DNA of 64,000 nt from Ostrea edulis (lineage: Eukaryota): positions 78,864,001-78,928,000 of the forward strand of contig NC_079168.1 in NCBI RefSeq assembly GCF_947568905.1, given 5' to 3'. Made by a program: the position numbers and the translations under genes. Under the pieces are notes generated by a model. The model was not told where the DNA came from and did not search any database. It was given only the letters and a program-made list of their open reading frames with translations. Positions 12,886 to 25,360 of the stretch are shown here, piece by piece (position 1 is the stretch's first letter; each line of letters opens with the position of its first letter).

Positions 12886-13888
12886 AGAGACACTACAGCT
12901 CATTTTGCGCAAAAATCATGAAATGACAATTTTCTCAGGGCTATCTCAATTTTTGTTGCATTGTTGAATGTATGAACTTTGCGAAAATAACGCTTATCTA
13001 AAGTTTAAAATTCTTGTTTTAACATAAAAATTTATACTTTTTGATAGCCTATACAAAAAATATCGAGTCTCCTCCTTCGGTCTTCAGACGCATGCGCATA
13101 GACAGTAAACAAGTGCAGCATGTCGTCCAGTGAGAGAAAGTGTAGTGGATAGATCCAGAATTTTGAAAGATTCTGTGAGAAAAGAGGTAACAATAAAATG
13201 AGATAAAACTCATACGTGAAATAAAATTGACCTTGGGATCAGTATGACCGTTGGAAAACAAAGAGCTAGGAGAAACGATTGTAACTCAGTGGCGGATCTA
13301 GGATTTCCGAAGGGGGATGTGAAAGTCCAATATCAGCCAAAGTAATCGGCCATTCTTGGTGCAAAATTTGGAGTTTCACTCACAATTTGTGGCGAAAAAA
13401 GGGAGGGGGATCCTGGCCCCCCTAAATCTGCCACTGGGACTAGCCGCGAAGACACTGCTTTAAAAGTAAGTGTTATTTTTATCTGAACACGACACGTGTT
13501 AACTAGTTGTAAAAACATCGGTCAATAGGAACATGGGAGAGTTTCTGTTGAAATAATGATTTACATAGTTATTTACTTATTATAATGAGCAGGGAATAAT
13601 CTTATACTTGAAAGGTGAGTGTGGACCCCCTTGAAGGGGAATTTAAATAATTTCTTACACAACACCTTCGCTGTCATTCAAAACCACGTGATGTAAATAA
13701 ACATTCAAAAGTCCGAGTCTGCATAAAGAAACCTTTGAATTCCGGATGATCTGCAAAGCGCAGTTTAGAGCAAATTGATGCATTCAATTGTTCAAAATTG
13801 TCAGTATCGATATGATTTTTATCATTTTATTAATACATGTTTTTAAAAACACTTTACTAAAATGTGGAAAATGAGCTGTAGTGTCTCT
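12886..13888. mobile_element. Non-autonomous TIR element, TTAA-type target (Kolobok-like)
   Basis: TIR agagacactacagctcatttt / aaaatgagctgtagtgtctct, with flanks TTAA (12882-12885) and CTAA (13889-13892). Confidence 0.8.
13287..13436. mobile_element. 150-bp MITE nested in the 12886-13888 element
   Basis: Termini cagtggcggatctagg / cctaaatctgccactg. Confidence 0.75.
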
Positions 13889-13894
13889 CTAACA

Positions 13895-14127
13895 AAAAGG
13901 TGAAGATAACGAACAGTGACCAATCTCATAACTCCTAAAATGAATACAATATAGAGAGTTGGGCAGACACGGACCCTGGATATACCAGAGGCGGGATCAG
14001 GTGCTTAGGAGGAGTAAAAATCCTCTGTCGACCGGTCACACCCGCCGTGAGTCCTATATATTTATCAGATAAACGGAGTAATTCGTAGTGAAAATCAGTC
14101 TGCCAAGAACGGCCTAAGAATTGGTAT
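13895..14127 (-). mobile_element. Inverted copy of the Penelope-like 3' end
   Basis: Reverse complement aligns with 12565-12795 (gttcttggca...gtgtgaccggtc...gttcgttatcttcacctt). Confidence 0.85.
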
Positions 14128-14424
14128 TAGGTGATTATATGGCCGATGAGGTAAAATATAAGATGTGTAGTTTTTATTATATCTTTTTTTTATCGAATAT
14201 ACTGTACATGTAAAGACATGTACATTTGAAATGGATCTTGGTCAGTGTTTTGTAACAATGTTCAGGGGTTTGTTTTCATGGTAGGTAGAAAGAATTGATA
14301 TTCAGAATTTATATTTATATCTCATTGACTGAAGATTGAGAAATATACCTGGATGTAGTTTGTGGGCGGTAAAGCAGACCGAGCTTGCGAGGTCCATTTC
14401 CGCGCAGAATTGAGGCGGGCATGT

Positions 14425-14704
14425 CAGGGCCGTAACTGCCGATGAGGCAGACGAGGCAACTGCCTCGTCTGATTTTTTGGCAAAAAAGAAAATAAAATTA
14501 TATAAATGTTATATTATAGGATATATGTTTAAAATGAAGACAAGCACCTTTGTCTTTGACACCATATTACGATTCTTTACATAGTACAAATGAAACACAA
14601 ACATGATAAATTGGGATTTAAAAAGTGTCATTTTCAGTCGTAAAGTCAATCGGCGGCCCCCAATCCCCTGCCTCCCCTGATTTAGAACCCTACTTACGGC
14701 CCTG
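14425..14704. mobile_element. MITE with 11-bp TIR and 5-bp TSD
   Basis: cagggccgtaa / ttacggccctg, with catgt on both flanks. Confidence 0.8.
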
Positions 14705-15159
14705 CATGTATACCCCGTTATTCAGTCCATTCATCAATTTATTACACAATTTTCTAATTTTACTAGATACAACCCGCTCAAGTGCGAGATAATTAATTAA
14801 TTCATAAACGTAAAGAACCCTTGATGCACGAGGGTTGATCCATAGGTTTTTGGAGTTTTTATCTAGAATTTCATTGTGATGAATCAACGACATAAAATAT
14901 ATATGACGCTTAATAATCATAAAGGGCGAAGTACGATGATGGGACACATACATGTAAATTTAATCAGTGACTGAAATTATTATACAGTCGTATAATTTGT
15001 CAGTAATTATCATTACACTTGATTTTTATGAAAATTCCTAAACTGGCACTTAATTACAGTCAGAAATAGTAAATTCTCTATCTATTCCTTTTTAATGACA
15101 CAATGAATTGAAGACTGCAATGTGTTGTGCGACCCCTATGCACTGTGAAAAATGTATCC

Positions 15160-18047
15160 TATTTTTGTCTTTTCTTTTGACCTGTCCCCAAAATTCACCG
15201 TCTTTGATAAAGATAGAACAGAACCACCGATATAAAAGTCAGACACTCTGCCAAGTTCAAGAAGATCCGGAAGCTTTGGACGAGGTAGGTAGAGAATGTA
15301 ACTTTATTGTGATCTACAAGAATGGAAATATAAAAAAAAAATACAACATCAAGGGTGGAGGTAAGAGGGAGGGGGCAGCGGGAACACATCTCATAAGTGG
15401 GGGGCCACTCTTCGTAAATGGTTTTTTAAATATTTAATATCAATGTTAAAAAGTAAATTCCGTAAAAAAGAAAATCATAAGCACACAAGATGTATCATTA
15501 AATTTGTTCTGATTCGAAGATTTTCATTAGAATCATGTCGTATAAATGCTCATCTTCGTAGGTGAGATCACGCAAACACAGTATATAATAGAAGCATTGC
15601 ATTACTAATGTTTAGTAATATTACGTTTTAGAGAGAGGGAGAGAGACTTGAAGCATGCCAAACCACAAACGCGGAACGGTTGTTGGACTTGTGTGTGGAC
15701 CTCTTCCCACCCTCGTTTTGTTTGAAATAACGTCATCCAAACAAAATAATCTTACATGCAAAAGCTAAAATTAAAAACAAAAAGAGCTTATTTCAAATTA
15801 TGAGCACTAGATAAACAGATATGTTCGTTTTACAAAATGATAGGAAAAGACTTCTTTCACATGTCTTAACAAAAGGAATGATCCCTGTACAAATACAAGA
15901 ATTAAATCTGTTTGTCTTGATGTATGCAGACGACATGGTTATTTTTTCCGAAAGTGCTAATGATTTGCAGAGCATGCTGGATACACTTTTTACCTATACC
16001 ACAAAGTGGGATCTTTCAGTGAATGTAGAAAAAACAAAAATAGTTATTTTCAGAAATGGGAGTAAAATTAGCAGTAATGAAAGGTGGCATCTGAATGGGG
16101 AGCCTATAGAAATTGTTGATAAATTCACATACCTGGGTGTTTTAATGAATTACAATGGAAAGTTTAGCACCACACAAAAGCAATTGGCCAGCCAGGGCAG
16201 AAAAGCAATGTTTTCCTTGAAATCTAAAGTCAGCCAAATGTATTTAAACACAGAAACAATGTTATCCTTATTTGATACATATGTTGCAAGTATACTTAAT
16301 TACAGTTGTGAAGTTTGGGGTAGCCATAGTGCAAAGGATGTTGAAAAAGTGCACTTGGAATATTTGAAGTCTGTACTGGGTGTCAGGAAAAATACAAATA
16401 ATGGTATGGTGTATATAGAAACAGGCAGACTGCCCATGAACATTGTTCGCTGGTTTAGAATTTTTAAATTTTGGTTTAAATTATTACAAAGTGAAAATTG
16501 TATTTTGAAAACATGTTACAAAAGTTTACGTGAAGAAGCAGACAAGGGTGGAAATCGTGTGATTAATTGGGCTATCCATATAAAAAACAAACTATTTGAT
16601 ATAGGTTTGGGTCATATTTGGTGTAATCAAGAATATAATGGCGTATATTGTAATACTTATTTCCCAATAATTAAGCAAAGAATTTCTGATATTTTTGTGC
16701 AGAGTATTGTTGAACAAATCAACTCCTCACCAAGATGTAAAATTTATATGTACATTTATGACTATTTTTCATTGCAATTTTACTTGATGAAGGCTATACC
16801 ACATGTTTATAAAAAAAACATATTAGTAGAATTAGAATGTCTTCGCATAATCTTGCCATTGAGAGTGGACGTCATTTTAATGTAGCAAGAAATAACCGCT
16901 ATTGTAAACTTTGTAATTTAGATATTGAGGATGAATTTCATTTCATTCTAAAATGCCCTTACTTTATTGAATTACGCAGGAAATATATCAAGAAGTATTA
17001 TTGGAAAAACCCATCTGTTTTTAAACTTATACAATTATTAAGTGTAAAAAAATTCAAAGAGTTGTGTAATTTGGGGAAATATCTTTACTGTGCCTTTAAT
17101 TTACGTAATGATTTACTTATGTAGCATTCTCTGTCTATAAATTCACATCAGTATTGTGTAACATACCATATAATGTCATGCCATGCCATACTATACAATT
17201 GTTAACTTGTTTATTATTTTTGTAAACATGTATGCCATAAGACGTATGTCTTCAGCAATAAAGAATAATAAATGTCATGCGAGGCAGTATATGGACGGGT
17301 TCATTGCTGATAAGAGGGGTTGAGTATATATAGTAAATAATTGAATTTATAAAGTCACTGAACCAAGTCTCTACATAGAGTAGATAAATGAATATATAAA
17401 TTCATTGAACCAATGATAATGCGTAAATTTAGTAAAAATGAATCAATATGTCTTTGTTGTTGTTGTTGAATGTTTGAAAAAGTTCAACGTTCAACTCCTA
17501 GCAGTACATTCTGTACTTTGATTATATATGAGGAATCCCCGAACAAATTTGTAGGATTTCAATGCGAGATTTCATTTAGAATAAAACTGAATTTTGATAT
17601 TAGACATATATTGGAGAAATAATTTTGAATACAGTACTTTTTGGCGTGATTGTAATTGCTTCAGTAAGCTAAGAGAACTATTTGCATATTACGCAGTGGT
17701 GTGTTTTTTTCTATTTTTTCTTCTTCTGATAAACATATTTTTCTCATATAATGTTTCTATCGCTCTGTTCCATTTTCGCACCTGTTTGCATGACGTCAAA
17801 TACTTGTCAATTTCGATAACCCAGATTAACCGACCTTTATGGTGGTAAAACAAAAATGAAGAAAAAAAGAGAGAAAGTATTGAAATTACTTGGGGTATGG
17901 ATGTATCGGGTTTTGCTGGGGGTTTTCATATTATTTTGTTTAAAGAATTTGCCGAATTTTTACTGTTGAAATTCCATCTTTGGTGGATTGACAATTATTT
18001 TTGATTACTCATTCCTCAAAACCCTATTGCAGAATATTACTAGCACG
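15160..18047 (+). repeat. Local duplication, copy B, interrupted by a LINE
   Basis: Matches 6620-8350. The sequence that is contiguous at about 7370-7400 in copy A is split here by 15875-17272. Confidence 0.85.
15875..17272 (+). mobile_element. 5'-truncated non-LTR retrotransposon (RTEX/L2/CR1-like) with RT and C-terminal CCHC; one frameshift in an A-run near 16810
   Basis: YADD, VNVEKTKIVIF and FTYLG motifs. The 16837-17124 frame gives RMSSHNLAIESGR..RYCKLC..IEDEFHFILKCP. A-rich tail aataaagaataataaa. Confidence 0.9.
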
Positions 18048-18134
18048 GTGGGTATGTATTTTTTGGTATGAAAATGCTCATTAAGAACTGTACTACATGA
18101 TGTGAAAGTACAACTTCTGAAAAGTTTACTTTAA

Positions 18135-18430
18135 GGAAGCAGGGTCAGGTCAAAGATGAGTAATTTTGGTAAGAACAGATAGGCAAAATTAATAGAGTGG
18201 TGCAACCTGAAGGACTCTACGTTGACAATGATCGAGTGATGCTAACTTTTTGTCACGTGACCAAAACATATGGGGTAGGCTAAAACAATGAAAAACACCA
18301 AATAATAATATATCACCCTCTACTAAGTTTATGACAATATTTTTTTAAAGAGGAACGCGATTACATAAAAATTATTATTTTACAATAATGTTATATGAGG
18401 AACAAATTTACCAATCTGTTTAGTACTACC
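18135..18430. mobile_element. About 300-bp TTAA-flanked Kolobok-like element or terminal-repeat remnant
   Basis: ttaa|ggaagca ... tactacc|ttaa, an imperfect short TIR, at the breakpoint of the inverted 18431-18690 segment. Confidence 0.45.
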
Positions 18431-19728
18431 TTAATCTAACTGAAAGTCAGATTAGCAAGTTCAGATACTTTATAAACCGTTAGTGTCGGGAAAGTATTCA
18501 CTAGGAAACATCTCACCGATAGGGTAATGTTTTCAAAGCTCAATCATCCTCTTATTTCATTGAATAAAAAAAAAAATGATTTGATATAAAGATCCTGAAG
18601 CGCCCTAATACACTCCCAAAGCGTTCTGTTTCATTCCATTCAACCTCATAGAAACGTGCACACCGTTCAAGCTACGCCCCATGTAAAGGCGTGAGAGTTT
18701 GTTTACATCGAAGTCAAGCACGTGCAAAATCAGCTGGTCAAAAGCCAAATCACCCACCTCTACAACAAAAACTCAAAAAAATATTTAAATCCTTCTTTCA
18801 TGGTTTTTACTCACAAAATTTCAAACACAATACTTGAATTTACATCTCACAAAAAATTGGAGAGCCTACCTCATAAGGAAAGTCCCATAGAACATGCAAA
18901 GTTCCAGGAATTATTTTCTTTCGGCCATGATTCGAAGTGAACCTCCACATAAATAGAATGATGCAACCTGCAATAAAAATATGGTTTCTTTAAATTTCAA
19001 TAAACTTCATAAAAAAGAAGTTGAATGATATGTGTGTGTGTGTGACTGTACATTCATTTTTTGGATTTCTGATCTTTATGAAGTGAAACAGGCCTTGGAT
19101 AAATGAGGTGTGTTTGGATGAAATTGAGTCCATTTTGAGCAATTCTGATAGAAAATGTGTGTGTGTGAAATTTGGATTTTTCACCTATTTGTTTGTAATG
19201 GATGACAGTGATTTTTTTTTAATATTATTGTGGAAGGCCTTACCTTGTATATAGGAAAATTGTTGGTGATTTTGTGTGGTATACTTATATTTTATTGAGA
19301 TTTGATGTGTAAAATTGCAATTGAAATGTGATGATGTTCTTGATTAAACTTATCAAATTTAATTAATGTGTTGTTCAATTCCTTTGAAATATAGTTGGTA
19401 TCATGTAGAATTATCTTATCTTTAATTGTAATGGGAAGATGGAGAACATTACTCACTGCACCCAGCAAGGCATTCTGATTTTCCTGGACATGGTCAAGTT
19501 GAGCTGTCAAGGGTGGTCCTGTAGAAACAAGATAATACATATTGTCACTTTGGGAGATGTTAAGCATCCAAACATCAAACTCAATCATTAGACTTCAGAT
19601 AACAGAAAGAGAAAGACAAAACTAGCATTACAGTCAAAAATTGGTAAAAATGAAGGGAAAAAGTAAGGCAAAAAAAGTGGATATTTCAGAGTAAAAGATG
19701 GCCGCCACAGGGGGTCAGCCCATGGAGG

Positions 19729-21685
19729 ATGGGAGAGAAGGGGAAAGAGATTAAATACACCAGGAAACAGACTCTGGAGGAAGTCAGTAAAACGGGAGCA
19801 TGCATATTACAAGACCATGCAGACAGTAGGCAGTCTTTAAGCACCATCACGCAACTGCAGCCAAGGGGCACCTGTGACGAGACCAAAACTCCCTGCATCC
19901 CCGACAACGAGAACACATACAGACTTTTTCACATGGGAAAACTGTGTGAAATGTTCAACTTAGCTTACCACCAGCACAAACTAGAGAGCCCAAACTGCCC
20001 TACCAACCTTCAATTTGACTACCCAGCTGAACAACAAAAGGGAGTCTGCTGGGTAGAGAGCCTAAAGTGCAAGTACTGCACTTACCACAGCCAGAGTACC
20101 AAACTCTACGAGGCAGTCGACACCGGAAAACGTGGACCCAAGCCAGCAAAGCCAAACCTATCTGTGTGGGTAGCCCTCCTGGACAATCCCATCATGGGAA
20201 CTGGACTGCAGGAAATTTTCCATGCCCTCAACTGTCCAGCACCCTCAGCCAATTGTTTACAACAAAATGCAAACAAGGTTGGGCCCATGATTGTGGAAAT
20301 GGTTCAGAAGGACTTACGAAGAGAAAGGGCTCACCTCAAAGACCTCATCGAGAACTGTGGGTTCCCACGGGAGACACTAATACTTGTGGAAGGTGATGGA
20401 CGGTACAATAATCCTCTGTACTGGTCTCGAGACAGAAATCCTTTTCAGCCAGCAACCCAGGCAACATATACCATGTCTGAAAATGTAACGGAAGAGAAAC
20501 AAATTATTGGTTGCATCACCAAAAACAAGCTCTGCAAGAGAAGATCACAGGAAATCCCATGCCCGGAACACCCTGGAAAATGCACAGCCAACCTACAACT
20601 ACAGGATCCCATAGGGAGAGAGGACAAGGCAACAGAGGAAATCTGCCGGGAATTTCTCAACGATCAGGAGCCCACACTAATCAGCCATTTCACCACAGAC
20701 GGGGATAGTGCTGCTTTCCAGGGCGTCGAGAGGGCCATGACCGAGTCTGGTCAAGCGGTAGAATCCTTGAGGGACACCCGTCACCTAGCCCAGTCCCAGA
20801 AAAAAGCAGTTGACAATGCCAAGTTCAGCGAGGGAATGTTTCCTGGACATACAGCTGCCCAAAAACTGGCCGTCAAAAGAAAATTCTCGGTGGACTTCAT
20901 GAAGAGATGCACCGCAGAATACGACGTAGCAGTCAAGAAGTTCCGAGGTGACGCAGCAAAGCTGGTCAACACCCTGAGTTATGCTACGGATGCCATAATA
21001 CACTGCTACTCGGGCAGATGTGGCAAGACTTGTGCCGAACACTCTCTCGTCTGTGGCGGCACACCCGAAAGACACTGGGGCAAAGACTACCTCCCAACCC
21101 ATGCCAGAACACTTAACCCGACTGATGACGATGAGGAAACCTTACGCCAGCTCATAAACTTCCGATTCAGCCGGACAACACTCATAGCCACCAGATATGG
21201 GACCAACATTCAGAAGTCTGAGGGACTACATCGCGGGTATTCAAAATCCAACCCAAAGAATGTTACCTGTTCTCGCAAGCTGTGCGCTATTTGAGAGATC
21301 TGTATTTTAATCAGATTGCTGTTCTCGGAACTTTGAGCCTCAGATCTTCTCCTCTATACACCGGATGAACCATGGACCCGGAAAATCGACTGCCCTCAAG
21401 TGTACTGCACTCGGTTCAACAATTCCTGAAGGCACTTGTCTTACGCGGCAACTGAAAAGAAAGCAAGAGTTGTACGAACACAGCAAACAGAGGAAAAGAT
21501 CTAAGACCTATCGTACCAGGAGACAAGTCCTTGTGAGAGAAAAATTCGATCTATATTTCCAGAGAGGAACCGTGACTCAAACAGGGTATCCGAAGGGCAT
21601 GAGTGATCCCCCCTTACCACAGTGTAGCCCAAGGACAAGTAATGAACATTCCTACAGTAAGCAGGAAAAAAATAATGTCGGGTGA
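19729..21685 (+). pseudogene. Kolobok-type DDE transposase (KolobokP-like), disrupted near 21280-21355
   Basis: 521-aa ORF with C..C zinc motifs, VEGDGRY (D), TTDGDS (D), RDTRH and KSEGLH (E). It continues as IHRMNHGPG (21356-21685) after a disruption. Confidence 0.8.
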
Positions 21686-21703
21686 AATTTGACTTACCTC
21701 GAT

Positions 21704-22054
21704 TTAACTTTCAAAAAGACAAACTGGATATCCCGGGTGCTTCAGGCAGACTTTAGGTACTAAATGTGTACATGTTTGCCTTTCTTTATTTATGTGTGGT
21801 GCTTCTAAACTTAAATGAAGTGGATTAATGCAAAGACTGTTGTGACATATGTGTGATACATGTTTATTATGTGGAATGTGTAATGCATTTGTATGTAACA
21901 TGTACATGAGCCTGTGTGCCAATAAAACTTTACGTGTACCCTCTGGAAATGTTATTTTAACTCTGCCATAGATATTCCATATAAATAGAGTGATGCAACC
22001 TGCATACATCTGCTGAAATCTTAGCCGAACCCAGTGAGAAACGCGGAATTTCAT
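21704..22054 (-). CDS. His-Me finger (I-PpoI-like homing endonuclease) small ORF, convergent with the transposase
   Basis: AHRLMY, VSHICHNSLCINPLHL, N..RQTC and C..H...C motifs typical of the Zn-binding His-Cys box. The true 5' end may be spliced. Confidence 0.85.
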   Translation of the reverse strand: MKFRVSHWVRLRFQQMYAGCITLFIWNIYGRVKITFPEGTRKVLLAHRLMYMLHTNALHIPHNKHVSHICHNSLCINPLHLSLEAPHINKERQTCTHLVPKVCLKHPGYPVCLFES

Positions 22055-22432
22055 TGGACGGCAAAAATAAGTATAATCGATCGCGTCAAATTGGAAGTTC
22101 CCGACCTATTTTTGGTCCTATGTGGAAAAAATAATTCCTTATATTCACCTGGAAGGTCACGTGCAGGTAAACATAACGTAGTATGATTTCTACATTGTTG
22201 GATCTCAGCCAATGAGAGAGCTAGGAATTATTCAATCATATTTATCACATACGTCAAATTTATGCGCGTACGGTTAGCCGTAGATTGTTAGACGATGTCG
22301 TTTGAGCGTTTGTAATAAACACGAATACCTGCATCGATTTACGAAAAATCGCATGACAGTGATTGATCAAATGTCAACAGACGTAAGTTTTTTCTGCTTT
22401 GTTGTTTATATAACATTCAGTATAATAAAACA

Positions 22433-22570
22433 AATATTGCATGTAGTTGAGGGTAACATTGAAAATGTTCACCCCTCCAAAAACCATTGTCAACCTCGAC
22501 TATACCTCGGTTGACAATGGTTTTCTTGAGGTGAAAATTTTCATTGTTACCCTCAACTACATGCAATATT
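22433..22570. repeat. Long imperfect palindrome (about 60-bp arms), core of a non-autonomous element
   Basis: aatattgcatgtagttgagggtaac...gttaccctcaactacatgcaatatt. Confidence 0.9.
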
Positions 22571-23251
22571 TATATAATATTATATATATTTTAAGATATC
22601 TTACGAAAATGAATTTATCAGATATCTTCTATTTTATAAGAATCTTGTCTAATATACTAGATATCTTTTAAAGTTGATGAGATGTCTTGTATAGTTTATA
22701 AGATATCTTATATATTTTATGAGATACATGTATCTCATAAACTGTAAATTATTTGAAATATCTTTTAAAATTTATTCGATATCTTATCAAAAATAGAAGA
22801 TATATCATAAACCATTTAAGATAGTTTTTTAGAGGAATAAATACATGTAACTATGGCGTATCAAAGTCCCCCCCCCCTCTTTTTTCCGTCACAGATTGGG
22901 AGTAAAACTCAAGATTTTGCACCCAAAATGGCTGAGTATGTTGGCTAATATATACTAGAGGAAAAAAGAAACTGTGCATTATAACATTTAGGATATTTTT
23001 TTCTATATTTATTGTTTGTATTTATAAAATCTAAACAATCGATAAAGGTGATGTTTTTAACAATATCGGATAGTACCCGACTCAGATGCACGGACTTTTT
23101 CATGGTTAGTGAATACATGTTGTTTATTGAACTGTTCGTACGCACTAGTTTTACTGGTCAATACTGTTTGGAGTAAGAAGTGTAAAAGGTTTATTTGGAC
23201 ACTATTCGCTCAGGAAAGCACTTTAGTTTTGACAAAATTTACCCTTCTGTC

Positions 23252-23410
23252 ATGCCATGACTCAGCAAAAACAAACGCAATCGTGCTGTTGGGATGCTTC
23301 AAGCTGGAATGGCATAAAATATCGTAGCAAGACACTTTGGAGTTCATCGGAACACCATCCGGTCATTATGGAGACGTTTCCAACAATCTGGTAACACTCG
23401 GGATCGACCC
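23252..23410 (+). pseudogene. Tc1/mariner transposase N-terminal HTH fragment with stops (element about 23130-23645)
   Basis: MP*LSKNKRNRAVGMLQAGMA*NIVARHFGVHRNTIRSLWRRFQQSGNTRDRP. Confidence 0.8.
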
Positions 23411-23709
23411 AATCGGAACTCCTCGAATGTCTCGCGCACTCAACATAGATCTCGGATGTAATACAGTGGCATCCATGAGTGAATTTGATGCATTGCCAAT
23501 TCGACGTTAACATTAATGGATTATGAAATATTGTAACGAATACATTTGTTAACAGTATTACCAAAAATAAAATTTGTTCATTGTTATTTTTTATTACTTT
23601 TTCATATATTAAATAATGTACAGTTTCTTTTTTCCGTTAATATATAACTTTCACTCCTCCCCCTCACCTTTTTTTCCCGGAAATCCTTGGTCTGCCGTGA
23701 AGTCCTGCA

Positions 23710-24130
23710 TGTGTTTCCCCAAGCTCTTGGTTTTCTATTAGTCATACTAATTCCAACGTACATTTTAGTTCGCGTATGGGTTTTATTTCGTTCTATCTCT
23801 ACCGCTTTTCTCGCAAAATCTTGTCAAAATTCTGAGCATACTTACTGTACGCCTCCTCTCACTGGGTGACATGCTGCACTGTTTACCGTCTGCGCGCACA
23901 CGTCTGAAGACCAAAAGGAGGAGACGCAATGTTTTCTTATTTATTATAATATTATTATCATTTTGTATAGGCCGTCAAAAATAATTAATATTTGCGTTAA
24001 AACGTTAAAAACGAAAATTAATGTTATTTTCGCAAAATTCATTCATTCAACTCTGCAGCAAAATTTGAGAATTAAACTTCTAAAGAAATTGTCATTTCAT
24101 GCTTTTTGCGTAGAATGAGCTCTGTGATAC
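23710..24130 (-). mobile_element. Diverged partial copy of the 12886-13888 element family
   Basis: Reverse complement aligns with 12890-13275 (gagctcatt..catgaaatgacaattt; gtcttcagacg..gtgcagcatgtc..cagtgagag). Confidence 0.75.
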
Positions 24131-24212
24131 ATGAAATGCACCAATAAAACGATTGCATTTTTGAAAGATTTAAATTTTTTGAAATGTTTTTCCATTGAAT
24201 TTTAAAGTAAAA

Positions 24213-24438
24213 GTAGCTCAATGGTAGAGCATTCGCTTCGTAACCGAGAGATCGTAAGTTCGAGCCCCGTTCATACTATGGCCACGTCAAACCTAAGACG
24301 TAAACAGACTTGTAGGTAATCATTACTCCTTTGTCAAACGCTTGGCATTTAGAAGTGAAAAGTACGGGTCCATCGGATATGACCTTATAAACGGCAGGCG
24401 TTAACGAACCCTCACTGCTGTACTTCAACTCCAGCTGA

Positions 24439-24469
<31 letters not shown>

Positions 24470-24496
24470 CGGGACGTAGAACATTGAATCAATCAA
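24213..24496 (+). mobile_element. tRNA-derived SINE
   Basis: A box gtagctcaatggtagagc, B box aagttcgagcc, a body, the 3' end gaaaaattctcgacgggacgt, and an (aatc)n tail. Confidence 0.75.
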
Positions 24497-24761
24497 GTAA
24501 AGATTTGTGAATAATGTAAAAATAAAGATGAGTTTCTGTTGCAAAAAAAATGGGATTTTGGCAATATTAAAACATTTAGAAATAGTTTTACTAAATTTTA
24601 TTAAAAAACTTTTTGGGTACCCCATGTCCTTAAAATTAGATTACGGTGAACTTCCAGTAAACGCTATACATAATGTAGAAGTATTGTGCAACTGGGTCCG
24701 TTAAAATTAGCAATGCCAGTATGTTGTGTTTGAATAAACCCATTGAATGGTCTCTTTTTAT

Positions 24762-25360
24762 GAGGCTTTAAGCTTTCCCACGGACAAAGTCGCACTGTTA
24801 ACCTCCCATCTCATTGGTCCGGAAGGTTCTGGGGACGTACCGGATGTAGTGTATCTCGCTGTGAGACCGGTGATTGTGGTGGAGGTCGACTTCATTGTAG
24901 CGGAGCTGGGGGAGTCCCCCCGGTCACTCTCGCCGAAATCATCTTTGACGGTGCCGGAAACCAAGACTTTTACAACATCAGTCTGGTTGACGGTTTTAAT
25001 CTTCCATTGAGCATGCGCCCAAGAGGCGGAACAACAGAGGTACCTTCAGGGGCATATTATTGCAAGCCTGCTGGTTGCTACACAGATATTAACAACATCT
25101 GTCCGAGTGGTATGAAGCTTTACGGATCTGGCGGAGTTGTAGCTTGCAAAAGCGCCTGTTTAGCGTTTGGAAGATCAGAGTACTGCTGCAGCGGATCTCA
25201 CAACACACCACAGACATGCCCAAATTTCTCCTACGCTCAAACCTTTAAGAGTGCTTGCCCGCAAGCCTACAGTTACGCCTATGATGACCAAGAGAGGACT
25301 TTCACCTGCCGTGGCGCCGGGGGTAGACAGTCTGAATACGATATTACTTTCTGCGGATAG
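24762..25360 (+). pseudogene. Thaumatin-like paralog: second coding exon only
   Basis: Same length (599 bp) as 11042-11640, very similar, and frame open. The acceptor AG is changed to AT (24760-24761), no signal-peptide exon was found upstream, and DFYD is changed to DFYN. Confidence 0.8.

Noticed and set aside
24213-24290. Functional tRNA genes here, at 4722-4800 and near 51170-51210
   Set aside because: Only A/B boxes remain, the stems do not close, and they continue into repeat bodies.
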